Assembly: GCA_017454525.1 (NCBI GenBank)
Contig: JAFTCT010000100.1
Location: 4,850-68,849 of the forward strand
Source: Clostridia bacterium
GTDB taxonomy: Bacteria > Bacillota > Clostridia > Oscillospirales > CAG-272
Direction of reading: 5' to 3'
DNA length: 64,000 nt
Position numbers and translations under genes: made by a program. Shown piece by piece: positions 63,074-64,000 of this stretch. Numbering within the stretch: position 1 is the first letter of the stretch; the number at the start of each line of letters is the position of its first letter. The notes beneath the pieces were generated by a model. It was not told the origin of the DNA. It made no database searches and worked only from the letters and a program-made list of their open reading frames with translations.

Positions 63074-64000
63074 TCATTCTTCTTCCGGATGAAAGAACCG
63101 CCGCACCGTCCGCGCGTCCGCCGCGGTCAGCCCTTTGATCATGCGCAATTCCTCATAGGACGCGTTTTTCACGGCGTTCAGTCCGCCCGGTATTCCGAGC
63201 AGTATTCTTGCTTTCTTCGGACCGATCCCCGGTATCTCTTCAAGGGAAGATCTTTTCAGACTCTTTCGCTTTCCGCCCGACGCCGCTCTGTAAGCGAAGC
63301 GGTGCACTTCCTCCTGGATCTTATAGATCATAACGAACACCGCCTGCTCTCCTGCGATCGAGATCTCTCCCGTGCCGTCGGTCAGCGCTCTGGTTTTGTG
63401 ATGCTCGTCCTTGACCATTCCCAAAACCGGCAGATCGCACCCGATCTCTTTCAGCGCTTTTTTCACGGTGCCGACGTGTCCCTTTCCGCCGTCGAGCAGC
63501 AGCAGGTCCGGCAGCGGATCGTCCCCGGCGTGCCTGACACGGCGAAGGACCGCTTCTCTCATCGACGCGTAATCGTCCTGAAACGCCACGTCGCGCATCT
63601 TATACAGCCGGTACCCGCTTTTCAGCGGTTTTCCGTTCTCAAAGCAGACGAAGCCCGCCGTGATCTCCTCGTTCCCGAAATTGGAGATATCGACCGCCTC
63701 GATGCGCTCGGGCAGCGTCTCCGACCCCGTCAGCGCGGCGAGCCGCGTCAATCCTCTCAGATCGCGGTCGCTCTTTCGGGAAGACTCCGCGACGTGCTCG
63801 GCGGCGTTTTCCGCGGCGAGCGCGCAGAGCTGCTTCTTCTTTCCGCGAACCGGTACGCGGAAGGCGGTTTTTTTGCCGATGGAACAAAAAAACGCGTCGA
63901 GCTCGTCCAGTTCCTCCTTCTCCAGCGGATAATCGACAAGGACCTGCGCCGGCATATATTCGCGCCGGATATACAGTTCCGTCAGAAGCGCGGACACCGC
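63074..64000 (-). CDS. uvrC: excinuclease ABC subunit C, C-terminal part (gene continues beyond the window)
   Basis: UvrC RNase H-like endonuclease region (IE..DISN..G...V...V.F..G.P) and a C-terminal (HhH)2 segment (L..IPGIGPKKA..LL). The ORF is open to the window end. Confidence 0.85.
   Translation of the reverse strand, partial: AVSALLTELYIRREYMPAQVLVDYPLEKEELDELDAFFCSIGKKTAFRVPVRGKKKQLCALAAENAAEHVAESSRKSDRDLRGLTRLAALTGSETLPERIEAVDISNFGNEEITAGFVCFENGKPLKSGYRLYKMRDVAFQDDYASMREAVLRRVRHAGDDPLPDLLLLDGGKGHVGTVKKALKEIGCDLPVLGMVKDEHHKTRALTDGTGEISIAGEQAVFVMIYKIQEEVHRFAYRAASGGKRKSLKRSSLEEIPGIGPKKARILLGIPGGLNAVKNASYEELRMIKGLTAADARTVRRFFHPEEE

Overview
This is a 64-kb chromosomal segment. Coding DNA is moderately GC-rich and intergenic spacers are AT-rich. 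Gene content points to an endospore-forming Firmicute, probably Clostridia/Oscillospirales-like. That placement is an inference from ytfI/ytfJ-like, spoVD-like PBP, dacB-like, scpAB and lon-engB genes, plus cohesin/dockerin-type and BspA-LRR surface proteins.

All calls come from reading the supplied ORF translations and the DNA by eye. No homology search, HMM or folding program was run.

Layout:
- 1-7.5 kb: an island of secreted or surface proteins. It holds two Big_2 lipoproteins with Pro-Thr linkers, a cohesin-like/cadherin-like anchored protein, a lipoprotein and a BspA-type LRR lipoprotein.
- 8.2-17.2 kb, minus strand: a CvpA-fusion membrane protein, asnA, a CpsB/CpsD/CpsC tyrosine-kinase module, a TM protein, a PqqD-like RRE coupled to a soluble S24/S26 peptidase, and mgtE.
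- 17.3-43.6 kb, mostly plus strand: murD, three tandem M42 peptidases, a ynbB-like gene, lon, engB, an M50 protease, scpAB, ytfI/ytfJ-like genes, a DD-carboxypeptidase, rluB, a two-component system, degV-plsY, a DUF5685/J-protein/membrane operon and a CorC-type transporter. A minus-strand block at 23.3-27.8 kb interrupts it with a dockerin protein, ddl, a membrane-anchored murF-like ligase and a hydrolase.
- 43.7-64 kb, mostly minus strand: nagA, an EEP-family protein, radC (plus strand), a degenerate LytM protein, an SDR, a dcw cluster (mraZ-rsmH-ftsL-pbp-murE-mraY-ftsW-murG-ftsQ-ftsZ), coaD, rsmD and a uvrC fragment.

I saw no rRNA, tRNA, CRISPR array, transposase or integrase.

The most unusual items are:
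- a stand-alone RRE+peptidase pair heading the tyrosine-kinase operon;
- a MurF-like ligase whose N-terminal domain is replaced by a polytopic membrane domain;
- a cysteine-string-like J-protein operon;
- a catalytically degenerate middle copy in the M42 triad.
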